A stretch of DNA of 64,000 bases from contig CANHQR010000012.1 in NCBI GenBank assembly GCA_947462815.1, forward strand, positions 8,095 through 72,094. Reading direction: 5' to 3'. The notes below the pieces were generated by a model. That model did not search any database. It had not been told where the DNA came from and saw only the letters and a program-made list of their open reading frames with translations. The DNA comes from Pseudobdellovibrionaceae bacterium (GTDB lineage Bacteria > Bdellovibrionota > Bdellovibrionia > Bdellovibrionales > JAMPXM01). The translations under genes and the position numbers were made by a program. Position 1 is the first letter of the stretch, and each line of letters starts with the position of its first letter. Below are positions 40,021 through 48,985 of the stretch, in pieces.

Positions 40021-40779
40021 ATGAAAACATCACTCACTGTTTCCATTGGCGCGTCTGCAATGGGAAAAACGTCTCGCGACACCGCAATGCGGACGGCCCT
40101 GGTGACCGGCTTTCTGACGAGTCTCTGGGCTGGTCTCTGGGTTGGTCTTTGGGCGATCTCGCTGATCTCGGACACCGCTCATGCGGCCGTTAAGAAACCC
40201 GCTTCGATCTCAAGCCAAGAGAACCAAGATCGGGCTAAAGGCTCAAGCCCGCTTAAACTCGATTATGCCTGCCTGGGTCTCGAGGCTGGCTTCGCTGTCA
40301 AAGCGCCTCAGGGCTTTCGAAAATCAAAAGCTGATGCCGAACGCTTGGGCCTCTGCATGGTCTATGTTGAGAACAAAACAGACTTTCACTCGAGTCAGAG
40401 CATTCTCTATCCGCGCCTCATCCTCGCGCGCGGCGAAAGCGCAGCCGAGGAAGCCGATCGCCTTGCGAGCGAAGCGGCGCGGAGCATGTCGACTCCACAG
40501 AACAAGGTCAACGTGCGGCGACGCCCCAGCCTTCGAAACGCGCGTGGACTTGAATTCGAAGTGCGTGAGTTCCGCGCTAAGTCGGGATCTCAACAAGCCG
40601 AACTGGTCGCGTATCACTATGCCAAGCCCTACACGCTCATCTACGTCATGTCGTCGAAGTCGGCCGACGCGCTTTCCGAGTCCACTTTCCGCGAAGCTCT
40701 TCAACATGTGGCGAAGCTCAATCCCAAGCAAATGACGGTGCTTCGCCAGAAGTATGCCTTTGCGAAACCCGCATTCTGA
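40021..40779 (+). CDS. Hypothetical secreted/membrane-anchored protein
   Basis: 252 aa. Hydrophobic N-terminal segment LVTGFLTSLWAGLWVGLWAISLISDTAHA. The start could be ATG 40087. No family recognised. Confidence 0.5.
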   Translation: MKTSLTVSIGASAMGKTSRDTAMRTALVTGFLTSLWAGLWVGLWAISLISDTAHAAVKKPASISSQENQDRAKGSSPLKLDYACLGLEAGFAVKAPQGFRKSKADAERLGLCMVYVENKTDFHSSQSILYPRLILARGESAAEEADRLASEAARSMSTPQNKVNVRRRPSLRNARGLEFEVREFRAKSGSQQAELVAYHYAKPYTLIYVMSSKSADALSESTFREALQHVAKLNPKQMTVLRQKYAFAKPAF

Positions 40780-40822
40780 TTTGCTCCACGTCCGACCCAA
40801 CCCTTTGATTAAGGAAGTTCCC

Positions 40823-41332
40823 ATGTGCACCAAAGGCCGAGTTCAATTTGCCACACTCATGCTACTCCCCTTACTGGCTGGCATGATGCTTTCCCAACCT
40901 GCCGAAGCCCAAGGCGCCGACAGCAAAACGGCAATTGAGCTCTTTAAGGTGATGGATTTGCCGACAACGATGAGAGATCTAACCTCAACGAACACAGATC
41001 AGCTCATTCAAAGCTATCCCGCTCTGAGTGGATCACGTAAAGCTCTAGAGAAATTTTTCGAAGAGACCGTCGGCTATTCAGCTCTCGAGGCTGATCTAGC
41101 AAAGATCTACGCTTCTGCCTTTACCGATGCAGAGCTCAAAGAGCTGATCAACTTCTACAAGTCACCCACCGGTCGAAAATCGAGCCGAGAAATGCCCAAG
41201 CTCTACGCGATGGGCGCTGATTTGGGGCGACGCAAAGTCGAAGCCCGCCAGGACGAGTTGCAGAAGATTCTCACGCAAGCGATGCAGCCTGAGTCGAATG
41301 CACCCACGACTTCAAAGAAAAAGGGCAAGTAA
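40823..41332 (+). CDS. DUF2059-domain periplasmic protein
   Basis: Start at ATG 40823 after AAGGAAG. Signal peptide ...LLPLLAGMMLSQPAEAQ. The YASAFTDAELKELINFYKSPTGRK motif is typical of DUF2059. Confidence 0.65.
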   Translation: MCTKGRVQFATLMLLPLLAGMMLSQPAEAQGADSKTAIELFKVMDLPTTMRDLTSTNTDQLIQSYPALSGSRKALEKFFEETVGYSALEADLAKIYASAFTDAELKELINFYKSPTGRKSSREMPKLYAMGADLGRRKVEARQDELQKILTQAMQPESNAPTTSKKKGK

Positions 41333-41384
41333 AACAGGGCAATTGCTCGAAGAGCCAGAGCCCATGGCGCGAACAACGAGGAAA

Positions 41385-41858
41385 CTAGAATCTCCAAACC
41401 TCAGCTTGGAGATGCGCACCCTCAAGCCCCTGGGTCTCGCTGAGGAGGGGTGAAAACTGAAGGCGGGAAGCGATGTACCAGGCTGCCCCAGAGCCGGCGC
41501 TTCCTCGTGAATCACCTGAGGAGAGTGAATTCACGCCCCCCTGCCAACCATACTGGCGAAGAACTTCATCTTCATCCGGGGCCGAATCCCCACCGTAGAC
41601 AACGAAAACACCGAGTAGAATTCCAGCGTACAGGCCAATTGAGGCCCCGCGCGCGATTCGATTCAAGTTACTGCCCGGTCGATCTGAGAAAGCTAAGGTT
41701 GCTGCCCCGACCAAGGTTCCCGCCATGACTCCATAAGAACAGCTGAGAATAAACTCACGCATGGCTTGAGAGTTTTGATTCGGCATTTGAGCCTGGGCTG
41801 GAGAAACGTGAGTGAGCACGCCAAACGCCACCAGGAATTTCAAAAAAATTCCGCGCAT
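41385..41858 (-). CDS. Hypothetical secreted protein with glycine-zipper-like hydrophobic segments
   Basis: 157 aa. Signal peptide MRGIFLKFLVAFGVLTHVSPAQA. GVMAGTLVGAATLA and GASIGLYAGILLGVFVVYGG. Confidence 0.5.
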   Translation of the reverse strand: MRGIFLKFLVAFGVLTHVSPAQAQMPNQNSQAMREFILSCSYGVMAGTLVGAATLAFSDRPGSNLNRIARGASIGLYAGILLGVFVVYGGDSAPDEDEVLRQYGWQGGVNSLSSGDSRGSAGSGAAWYIASRLQFSPLLSETQGLEGAHLQAEVWRF

Positions 41859-41862
41859 ACCT

Positions 41863-42390
41863 CTAGTCTAGGACCGGGATTTCTATGAATTCAATGTTAT
41901 TCGACGAATCATCTGGATCCCTCGGGCTGGATTCAGCCGGCGCCCTTAAACCATAACTTCGAGATCGGGTTGAAGTCTGCTCCGGGATCAAGAGCGAAAG
42001 CCCAACCTCTCGATCCTCGTTCAAAAAGTTCCCTGTCGCCTCCAAACGATTGACCAGCCAGGACCTCGCACGGAGGAGGCGCAATCGTTGTCCAGTTCGC
42101 AACGAAAGCTCGGGTTCACTCGAAGCCTTCACCTCGTAGATCCAAAGCATTCCCTCGCGCCGCTCGGTCAGGATATCTAGTTCCGCGAAGCGCGTACGCC
42201 AACCCGCTGCCCAAATCCGCTCACCACGCCGCTGGAGCCAAAACCTGGCTCGGGCCTCGTGGCGACTCCTCGGCGGAGCAATACTCTCGGACGCCCCCAA
42301 AAGTCTTTCGATGCAGGGCGCAAGGCCTGAGTTCCTGGATGGCTCGACGATGCTCGGCCGAAGCGTAGCCTTTGTGACTTTCGAATCCAT
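41863..42390 (-). CDS. yraN: YraN-family (UPF0102) endonuclease-like protein; start uncertain
   Basis: HEARARFWLQRRGERIWAAGWRTRFAELDILTERREGMLWIYEVKAS fits the YraN core. Possible starts are ATG 42390 or TTG 42300. Either way it overlaps the rnhB 3' end (80-170 nt). Confidence 0.6.
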   Translation of the reverse strand: MDSKVTKATLRPSIVEPSRNSGLAPCIERLLGASESIAPPRSRHEARARFWLQRRGERIWAAGWRTRFAELDILTERREGMLWIYEVKASSEPELSLRTGQRLRLLRARSWLVNRLEATGNFLNEDREVGLSLLIPEQTSTRSRSYGLRAPAESSPRDPDDSSNNIEFIEIPVLD

Positions 42391-42949
42391 AGCCGGGATA
42401 CCTCACCGAAGCCTCCGCCATCAGCCGATCACGAGCCACCTTGGCCAGAATGCTGGCTGCCGCAATCGGCAACACCCGCAAGTCACCCTTTACAAAACAC
42501 GTCTGCTGGCGCAGCACGCCCGGAATCAACTGATGCCCATCGACCAGAACATGACCTTCACCGGGACCGATCCCCAAACGCGTATCGAGTTCCTTCAGAG
42601 CCCGGCGCATCGCCAAAAAAGTCGCCTGGAGAATATTGATCTGATCGATTTCTTCGGCACTTGCACTTCCAAGCGCAAAGACACACTCCGCTGAAAGCAC
42701 GGCGGCCAACTCCTCGCGCCGAGAAGCGGACAAGAGCTTGGAGTCTGTGACACCCAAGGCGGCAAATCGCTCGACGTAATTCGGCGGCAAGACGCAAGCC
42801 CCCGCCATCACCGGACCGGCAAGACAGCCTCGCCCCACCTCATCGATACCGATCAAAGGCGCTGGCCCGATCGCGGCCCAATCGACCTCGGGCAACCCCA
42901 GCTTCTCACTGACCGAGACTCTGCCTCGGCCCGAGTTCGTCTTTTTCAT
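42221..42949 (-). CDS. rnhB: Ribonuclease HII
   Basis: 242 aa. IGIDEVGRGCLAGPVMAGA, VTDSKLLS, ...ASILAKVARD..., GYASAEH. Confidence 0.93.
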   Translation of the reverse strand: MKKTNSGRGRVSVSEKLGLPEVDWAAIGPAPLIGIDEVGRGCLAGPVMAGACVLPPNYVERFAALGVTDSKLLSASRREELAAVLSAECVFALGSASAEEIDQINILQATFLAMRRALKELDTRLGIGPGEGHVLVDGHQLIPGVLRQQTCFVKGDLRVLPIAAASILAKVARDRLMAEASVRYPGYGFESHKGYASAEHRRAIQELRPCALHRKTFGGVREYCSAEESPRGPSQVLAPAAW

Positions 42950-43000
42950 GAGTGTCCTCGATTTTAAAATTGCAGTGTCCGTGGAATTAGGACGATGGAT

Positions 43001-43462
43001 TTAGAACTTAAGAGGCAACTGGTAGACCGCGTCTTGCCCTGCACTGCCCTCGCGGGTGGCTTTCACGACGAGCTTCGCTTGAGCGTAGGCCTCTCGCGAG
43101 AAATCACAAACAAAGTGATCCGCGGCGGCCTTGCAGTTGCCTCGAAGTGTCTTGGCTTTTCCTGCCGTGGGAATGATCTCCGCGGTCAGTTTCGAATCTT
43201 TCACAGTTGGATTCTTGATGGCGATGTCGAGCAACCAGACTTTGAGTTGCGCGCCTTGAAGCTTCGCCTCGACATGAAAACCGCCGGGCATACGCACTTC
43301 CCCACCGTTGGGGCCAGGATGGTTTTCACCATGCGCCTGAGCTTGTGGCGAAACGAAAAGCATTGCCAAAGCCATGAGCCCGAAAGAGTGCCCGAGGAAA
43401 AGAATGAGGGATGCGATACGAGTGTGCGAAACTTGTTGAGCGTGCATAAATAGGACCTCCAT
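43001..43462 (-). CDS. Hypothetical small periplasmic protein
   Basis: 153 aa (or starting at MHAQQV). Signal-like LMALAMLFVSPQAQAHG. Mature N-terminus HGENHPGPNGGEVRMPGGFHVE. Two Cys. Confidence 0.5.
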   Translation of the reverse strand: MEVLFMHAQQVSHTRIASLILFLGHSFGLMALAMLFVSPQAQAHGENHPGPNGGEVRMPGGFHVEAKLQGAQLKVWLLDIAIKNPTVKDSKLTAEIIPTAGKAKTLRGNCKAAADHFVCDFSREAYAQAKLVVKATREGSAGQDAVYQLPLKF

Positions 43463-43532
43463 GTCGGATTATCTTGCGCCTTGCCAGTTGGTGAAGGTCA
43501 AGATGCAAAACTCTGCGACATCGTGATCTAGC

Positions 43533-43586
43533 GATTTGCTGGTCGATTTTTTGGGTGATTTGCTGGGTCATTCAATGTCATTCAAT
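43533..43586. repeat. Two pairs of short direct repeats (GATTTGCTGG x2 at 24-bp spacing; GTCATTCAAT x2 in tandem)
   Basis: GATTTGCTGG at 43533-43542 and 43557-43566. GTCATTCAAT at 43567-43576 and 43577-43586. Lies between the rplS terminator and the start of the 43462 gene. Confidence 0.85.
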
Positions 43587-43633
43587 CAACTCAGAACCCA
43601 ACCAACCCCTCAGCCCCCTACAGCTCAACAAGC

Positions 43634-43660
43634 GAAAAAAAGGCAGCGTCACCGCTGCCG
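43634..43660 (-). terminator. Rho-independent terminator downstream of rplS
   Basis: On the minus strand: GGCAGCG-gtga-CGCTGCC (perfect 7-bp stem at 43642-43659), followed by TTTTTTT. Confidence 0.78.
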
Positions 43661-43690
43661 TTTACTAACCTTGGTTTCAACAGAGCTCAA

Positions 43691-44197
43691 TCAGCCTTGA
43701 GCTTCGCCTTCAGCTGCAGCCGTTTCGCTGCTGTCATCAGCAACCACGAGTTCTGAAGTCAGGCGCGCCGCCTTGCCCTTCAAATCGCGGAGGTAATAGA
43801 GCTTGGAACGACGAACCTGGCCGCGCGACACAACTTCCACGCGATCCAAAGAAGGGCTCATCATCGGGAAAGTTCGCTCCACGCCAACACCCGAAGAAAT
43901 CTTTCGAACGGTGAATGAGCGAGTCGAGCCCTTGCCTTGCACCTTGATGCAAACGCCACGGTACAACTGCACGCGCTCTTTGTCGCCTTCGCGAACCTTC
44001 ACATACACAGCGAGAGTGTCGCCAGGACCGAAATCCTGAATTTTCGGATTCGCCTTCGTCTTTTTCGCCGTCACACGACGAATCACATCCGTCTCGCCCG
44101 TCGCGGGTGCCTTGGAGGCTTTCTTCACCTTCACCGCCGATTTTTTCGCCGACGAAGCTTTTCCAGATTTGGTCGATTTCGCTGCTGCCTTTGCCAT
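43691..44197 (-). CDS. rplS: 50S ribosomal protein L19 with K/A-rich N-terminal and acidic C-terminal extensions
   Basis: Start at ATG 44197 ([35 protein letters not shown]...). Core [60 protein letters not shown]...[18 protein letters not shown]. Confidence 0.93.
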   Translation of the reverse strand: MAKAAAKSTKSGKASSAKKSAVKVKKASKAPATGETDVIRRVTAKKTKANPKIQDFGPGDTLAVYVKVREGDKERVQLYRGVCIKVQGKGSTRSFTVRKISSGVGVERTFPMMSPSLDRVEVVSRGQVRRSKLYYLRDLKGKAARLTSELVVADDSSETAAAEGEAQG

Positions 44198-44247
44198 AAC
44201 ACCATCCTCGCGAGGCACGTGGGGCTCTGTTCCAAAGAGGTAAGGGG

Positions 44248-44838
44248 TTACCATGCCCCCAGGAGACGGTCAAGAATGATGCTCACGGCGGAGCGCACTG
44301 AAAGGTGGCGATAATCATCCGGCGGAGCTCCCCGAACAGGCTCCAAAAGCAGGTCACAGGACCGCATAAACTCTTCCGTTAAGCCAAAGCCAGTACCGAA
44401 GATGAGAAACACATCGCGATCCCCGCCCCGGGCCCGGGCCGCTTCAATGCGCTCCCGCATCTCGCGATAACTGACCATAGGGACACCCTCAATAGCCCTC
44501 GCGTGCGTCGAGACCACCAGCGGTCGTTCATGAGCCCCTATTTGCCTTTGCCAATTCGAGATGGCTTCGTCGAGTGAGCCCGCCGTCTCCACCATGGTGA
44601 GGGCCGTCCGGCGCTTGGGGTTCATCTTGGCCCCCTCGCCGACTCGCCAGTGGTCCAACATCCGATGCACGAAGATCTGCTGATCCTGCATCGGGTGAAT
44701 GATGTAATAACGGTCCAAACCATAAACACGAGAGGCCCTGGCGATGTCATGCACATCGAGATTCGTCACGTTCGTTGCGACAACCTTACCCAGGCGATCT
44801 TGGATCGGATAATGAATCAAACCGAGCGCGATTCGCAT
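44248..44838 (-). CDS. SPOUT-type RNA methyltransferase, TM1570/PF09936-like
   Basis: [49 protein letters not shown]... matches the family I know from Thermotoga TM1570. Positioned between trmD and rplS. Confidence 0.6.
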   Translation of the reverse strand: MRIALGLIHYPIQDRLGKVVATNVTNLDVHDIARASRVYGLDRYYIIHPMQDQQIFVHRMLDHWRVGEGAKMNPKRRTALTMVETAGSLDEAISNWQRQIGAHERPLVVSTHARAIEGVPMVSYREMRERIEAARARGGDRDVFLIFGTGFGLTEEFMRSCDLLLEPVRGAPPDDYRHLSVRSAVSIILDRLLGAW

Positions 44839-44857
44839 GCACATTCCTTAGGACGAC

Positions 44858-45691
44858 TCACTTATTCACACCCTCACGATCCGCCGAGCAGAGGCCTTGG
44901 AGCTTCGAAATCTCACGGCGGAGTTCGCTCCAATTCCAGTTCGAAAACTCCGCATCACGCCCTCGACGTTTTTCAATTCGGCGAAGCTCATCAACTAAAC
45001 GAGGGGCCTGATCCGCCAACGCTCGCTTCACCAAATCGGGCCTCACGGCCAACGTCAGCTGCAGTGAGGTCAAAAACTGAAAGTCCTCGATTTTCGCATG
45101 ATCACCTCCGGCCAGAATCGGGGGGACTTGTTGACCGCGCCATTCGCGAGGACGCGTGAATTGGGGTGCTTCGAGGAGTTGAAATCGTCCGCCAAAGCTC
45201 TCGGCGTCAGCCGAAACTTCATTGCCTAAGACTCCCGGACGATGCCGCAACACGGAGTCGATCACACAGGCGGCAGCGAGTTCACCTCCACTGATCACAA
45301 AATCACCAAGAGAAACTTCCTCGTCGACGAACGTGTCGATCCAGCGCTGATCGACTCCCGCGTAGCGCGAGGCCACCAGGAGGACTCGGGGCTGCTCGGC
45401 GAGCTGGCGAGCTCGGGCATCCGTCCACGGACGACCTTTCGGCGAAAGATGAATGACGTGCGACGGGCCGAAGGACTCAACCGCTTTGGCGAGAGGTTCG
45501 GCGAGCATCAACATGCCATCGCCACCACCAAAGGGCCGATCGTCGACGCTTTGGTGCACATCTGTGGTGAATTGGCGTGGATTAATGAGCTGCAATTGCC
45601 ACAGGCCGCGCGACCGAGCCTGGCCGATGACGCCGACGTTGAGCGCCTGGTCCATCAATTCGGGAAAGATGGTGACCACACCCCAGTTCAT
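44858..45691 (-). CDS. trmD: tRNA (guanine37-N1)-methyltransferase
   Basis: 277 aa. VVTIFPELM, DDRPFGGGDGMLM, ...ASRYAGVDQR..., VSLGDFVISGGELAA. About 35 aa of C-terminal extension. Confidence 0.95.
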   Translation of the reverse strand: MNWGVVTIFPELMDQALNVGVIGQARSRGLWQLQLINPRQFTTDVHQSVDDRPFGGGDGMLMLAEPLAKAVESFGPSHVIHLSPKGRPWTDARARQLAEQPRVLLVASRYAGVDQRWIDTFVDEEVSLGDFVISGGELAAACVIDSVLRHRPGVLGNEVSADAESFGGRFQLLEAPQFTRPREWRGQQVPPILAGGDHAKIEDFQFLTSLQLTLAVRPDLVKRALADQAPRLVDELRRIEKRRGRDAEFSNWNWSELRREISKLQGLCSADREGVNK

Positions 45692-46329
45692 TCGTCGTCT
45701 GACTCCCCGTCCCCAGCCGCGGGATCACCGACTTCATCAGAGGCCTCTTGGCTCAATTGCGCCTCGATCAGTCCAGGAGGAAGGTTCATCAAAACTCGGC
45801 GTGAATCGGCCTCAATCCTCTCGACGAAGTCGTCGACGAACGGAATGTCAATCAACTCACCGCCTGGCAGGCGAACCTGCAAAAGATCTTGAAGCCCATT
45901 GCTCGAGAATCCAACGATCGGACCAATTCGCTCGCCACGGGCATGGAACACATCAAAGCCTTCAATCTCGGCGAGAAAATAAGCTTCACCCTCGCTGGAG
46001 ACGAGAAAGCTCTCGGGGATCTGCAAAAAGTGGCCGCGCCAAGCCTCGGCCTGTGTGCGATCTCGCAGATCATGGCTATGCAAAATCACTCCATTCTTGT
46101 GCCGGCGAGCACCTTTCAAGGTGAAGCGCTTGGTCCCCTCAGCTGATGTTTCCGAAGGACGTAGTTCGAACTCGCCACTGGCCTTCAAGGCATCCAGCCA
46201 ATCGCATTGGCCCGAAAACAACACCACCCAAAGTTCGCCTTTGAGTCCATGCGCGTCCTTCACTCGGCCGACGACTCGATGAGACATATCCCCAACTCCT
46301 TCAATATACGACAGTTTTGGCCACCGCAT
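45688..46329 (-). CDS. rimM: 16S rRNA processing protein RimM
   Basis: 213 aa. VGRVKDAHGLKGELWVVLFSG, PRC-barrel part GPIVGFSSNGLQDLLQV. Acidic tail. 4-nt overlap with the trmD start. Confidence 0.9.
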   Translation of the reverse strand: MRWPKLSYIEGVGDMSHRVVGRVKDAHGLKGELWVVLFSGQCDWLDALKASGEFELRPSETSAEGTKRFTLKGARRHKNGVILHSHDLRDRTQAEAWRGHFLQIPESFLVSSEGEAYFLAEIEGFDVFHARGERIGPIVGFSSNGLQDLLQVRLPGGELIDIPFVDDFVERIEADSRRVLMNLPPGLIEAQLSQEASDEVGDPAAGDGESDDE

Positions 46330-46362
46330 TTTCGGCCCCTCTCTGGGGAGACGAAACGAGAC

Positions 46363-46394
46363 AAAAAAAATGGGGAGGACCTTCGTCCACCCCC
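46363..46394 (-). terminator. Terminator-like hairpin between the KH-protein gene and rimM
   Basis: Minus strand: GGGGTGGAC-gaag-GTCCTCCCC (9-bp stem, one U.U mismatch), followed by ATTTTTTTT. Confidence 0.6.
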
Positions 46395-46470
46395 AACCTT
46401 CATTCCTCAGTCACATGAGCATCACCCGAAGCTCTGAGCCGGCACGGCTTGAGCACTGCGAAGCTTGGAC

Positions 46471-46722
46471 TTATTCGACAATCTCAAGGACCGAACGCTT
46501 TTTGAGCTTTGTGCTCGCAGCGATGAGCACTGTGCGGAGGCTTCGGGCCGTGCGGCCCTGCTTACCAATCACCTTGCCGAGATCTTCCTTCGCCACGCGA
46601 AGCTCAAGGACCGTCGTCTGTTCGCCGACGACTTCCGTGACTTCCACTTGATCCGGGAAGTCCACGAGTGATTTAGCCATAAACTCGACCAGATCCTTCA
46701 GACTCGACGGATTGCCAGCCAT
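46471..46722 (-). CDS. KH-domain RNA-binding protein (UPF0109/YlqC family)
   Basis: Start taken at ATG 46722 ([28 protein letters not shown]...[24 protein letters not shown]). Confidence 0.85.
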   Translation of the reverse strand: MAGNPSSLKDLVEFMAKSLVDFPDQVEVTEVVGEQTTVLELRVAKEDLGKVIGKQGRTARSLRTVLIAASTKLKKRSVLEIVE

Positions 46723-46763
46723 GTTGCCCCCTCTGCGACATGTTCGCACGAAATCAGAAGCGA

Positions 46764-47012
46764 TCAAGCCTTCGCCGAAGCGCGACGGATCAAAGTCTGA
46801 ACCGTCTCAGAAGGCTGAGCACCTTGCTTGATCCACGCTTGAGCACGCTCAAGGTCGAGAACCAATTCTTTTTCGTCGCCACGGGGATTGGGATTGAAAG
46901 AGCCAATCACCTCGAGGAATTTACCTTTAACCCACTGGCGCGAGTCTGCCACTGTCACGCGGTATTTTGGGCGCTTCTTAGATCCACCGCGAGCCAAACG
47001 AATAACGACCAC
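46764..47012 (-). CDS. rpsP: 30S ribosomal protein S16
   Basis: GTG start. [42 protein letters not shown]. Confidence 0.95.
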   Translation of the reverse strand: MVVIRLARGGSKKRPKYRVTVADSRQWVKGKFLEVIGSFNPNPRGDEKELVLDLERAQAWIKQGAQPSETVQTLIRRASAKA

Positions 47013-47269
47013 GGAAACCTCTCTTCATCCATGACTTGAAGATCTGGGAGCACTTGAAATGAAGCCCTTTGCCTCACCCCGTGACCCTCGTCTCAACATC
47101 AAGTCGTTCAGTTAAACCTTCAAAAAAACTCTCAAAACCAACAGTTTGGAAAAGCCGGCCTCAGCCCCATCACCACAGTCAGCTCATCGCCTGATCGAAT
47201 GATGACCTGCTCGTCCGAGAAACCGACGCCGCCAGAAGTCGACCTGGTCAGATCGATCTGTTTGGCGAA

Positions 47270-47316
47270 GCTCCTCGACCTAGGCTCCTCGACCTAAGCC
47301 ACTCCGCCTAAGCCAT
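47270..47316. repeat. Short imperfect tandem repeats (GCTCCTCGACCTAR x2, then CCTAAGCCA x2)
   Basis: GCTCCTCGACCTAG at 47270-47283 and GCTCCTCGACCTAA at 47284-47297. CCTAAGCCA at 47294-47302 and 47307-47315. Inside the 500-bp ffh-rpsP spacer. Confidence 0.85.
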
Positions 47317-47511
47317 TCCACCTCTGCCATTCAGAAGCCCCAAATGTTGCATTCCCAAACGGCGAGCCCACGGTTTTACCCTGCGTGGCGAGCCAGGACA
47401 AGCTGAAACTCAGGACTCCCCAATCCGAACCCTGAAATCGAGTCCAAATGTGCCTATTTGATAATCTCGGGTCGACAGAGAAACAAGAAAACGCCGACTT
47501 TCCGTAGCGCC

Positions 47512-48918
47512 TCAGAAAGGTCGCCGAGGACCATAGCCACCTCGGCCCCCACGCCCCATACCGGGAACTCCCGGCATACCCGGCATGCCGCCGCCTCGGC
47601 CCAGGCCCATTTTCATCATTTGGCTCATCATTTTCTGGGATTGTTCAAACTGCTTAACAAACTTGTTGATGTCCGAGACCTCGGTTCCCGAGCCCCGCGC
47701 GATTCGCGCCCGGCGCGAACCATTGAGAATCCGGTGATCCGCTCGCTCGGCCTTGGTCATCGAACGAATAATGGCTTCAATCTTCTTCATTTCTTTATCA
47801 GGGAGTGCCTGGCCTTCGAGCTGCTTCATCATCTGTCCGGCTCCAGGAAGCATGCCGAGGATGGAACTCAAGCCCCCCATTTTTTTGAGCATCTGCAGCT
47901 GGGCCAAGAAATCATCCATAGTGAACTGATTTTTGGCGATCTTCTTGGCGGATTCCATCGCCTGCTTCTCATCGATGACTTCTTGGGCCCTTTCGACCAG
48001 CGACAAAACATCGCCCATGTCTAAGATCCGGCTCGCCAAGCGATCGGGATGAAAGACCTCCAAGGCGTCTGATTTTTCACCGATACCCAGAAATTTAATG
48101 GGCACGCCCGTCGCCTGACGAATCGACAGAGCCGCTCCACCTCGAGCGTCGCCATCGACTTTAGTCAGCACCAAACCCGTCAGCCCCAAGCGCTTGTGAA
48201 AACCTTCGGCGACATTGACCGATTGCTGACCCAGCATCGCATCGGCAACCAACAAAATCTCCCGAGGTTCCGCGATGGCCTTGAGTTTTTCCAACTCGCC
48301 CATCAGCGCATCGTCGATTTGCGATCGGCCTGCTGTATCGAGAATCAACACCTCGCACATTTGCTCGCGAGCCCACACCAGAGCCTTTTGCAAAATCACT
48401 TCGGGCGAGTCCGAGGGAGAACTCGGGAAAACGGGCACACTCAGGTTGGAGCCCAGCGTTTTGAGCTGTTCAATCGCAGCGGGCCGGTAAACATCCGCCG
48501 GGATCAAACCCGGCTTCTTCTTGTACTTTTGCCGTATGTGCAGAGCGAGCTTGGCCGAGGTGGTGGTTTTACCTGCACCTTGTAGACCGACCATCATGAT
48601 GAGTCCCGGCCTTTGGCTATCGCCTTTCACGTCGAGAGGAGCCTGATCTCCACCCAAAATGCTCACCAGTTCATCGTGAACGATTTTGACAAATTGCTGC
48701 CCGGGCTCGACTCCTTGGAGCACGGTGGAGCCCATGGCCTTGGCTTTGACGTTGTCGATGAAGCTTTTGACGACGTTGAAATTGACGTCGGCCTCGAGCA
48801 AGGAAAGACGGATTTCGCGCAAGACCGCCTGGATGTTTTCATCGCTGATCTTGCTTTGACCGCGAAGTTTCTTGAGGCTGCCGAGCAAACGATCGCTGAG
48901 GGATTCAAATATAGCCAT
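47512..48918 (-). CDS. ffh: Signal recognition particle protein Ffh
   Basis: 468 aa. MVGLQGAGKTTT, DTAGR, TKVDGDARGGAALS. Met-rich M domain, Gly/Arg/Met-rich tail. Confidence 0.97.
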   Translation of the reverse strand: MAIFESLSDRLLGSLKKLRGQSKISDENIQAVLREIRLSLLEADVNFNVVKSFIDNVKAKAMGSTVLQGVEPGQQFVKIVHDELVSILGGDQAPLDVKGDSQRPGLIMMVGLQGAGKTTTSAKLALHIRQKYKKKPGLIPADVYRPAAIEQLKTLGSNLSVPVFPSSPSDSPEVILQKALVWAREQMCEVLILDTAGRSQIDDALMGELEKLKAIAEPREILLVADAMLGQQSVNVAEGFHKRLGLTGLVLTKVDGDARGGAALSIRQATGVPIKFLGIGEKSDALEVFHPDRLASRILDMGDVLSLVERAQEVIDEKQAMESAKKIAKNQFTMDDFLAQLQMLKKMGGLSSILGMLPGAGQMMKQLEGQALPDKEMKKIEAIIRSMTKAERADHRILNGSRRARIARGSGTEVSDINKFVKQFEQSQKMMSQMMKMGLGRGGGMPGMPGVPGMGRGGRGGYGPRRPF

Positions 48919-48985
48919 GCGAAGCAGTTAACTGACCTCGCACGCAAATGTCACGAGGGGCCCTGAGTTCAGAGCCGAAACTTTC

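Noticed and set aside
45242-46124. Plus-strand ORFs of 216 and 223 aa
   Set aside because: They are antisense to trmD and rimM, both of which have strong family motifs.
47157-47170. GGGGCTGAGG on the minus strand, resembling the 5' end of tmRNA
   Set aside because: Only ~140 nt remain before rpsP. There is no tag-peptide reading frame, no T-arm/CCA-like 3' end, and no SRP-RNA GGAAGCAGC motif either.
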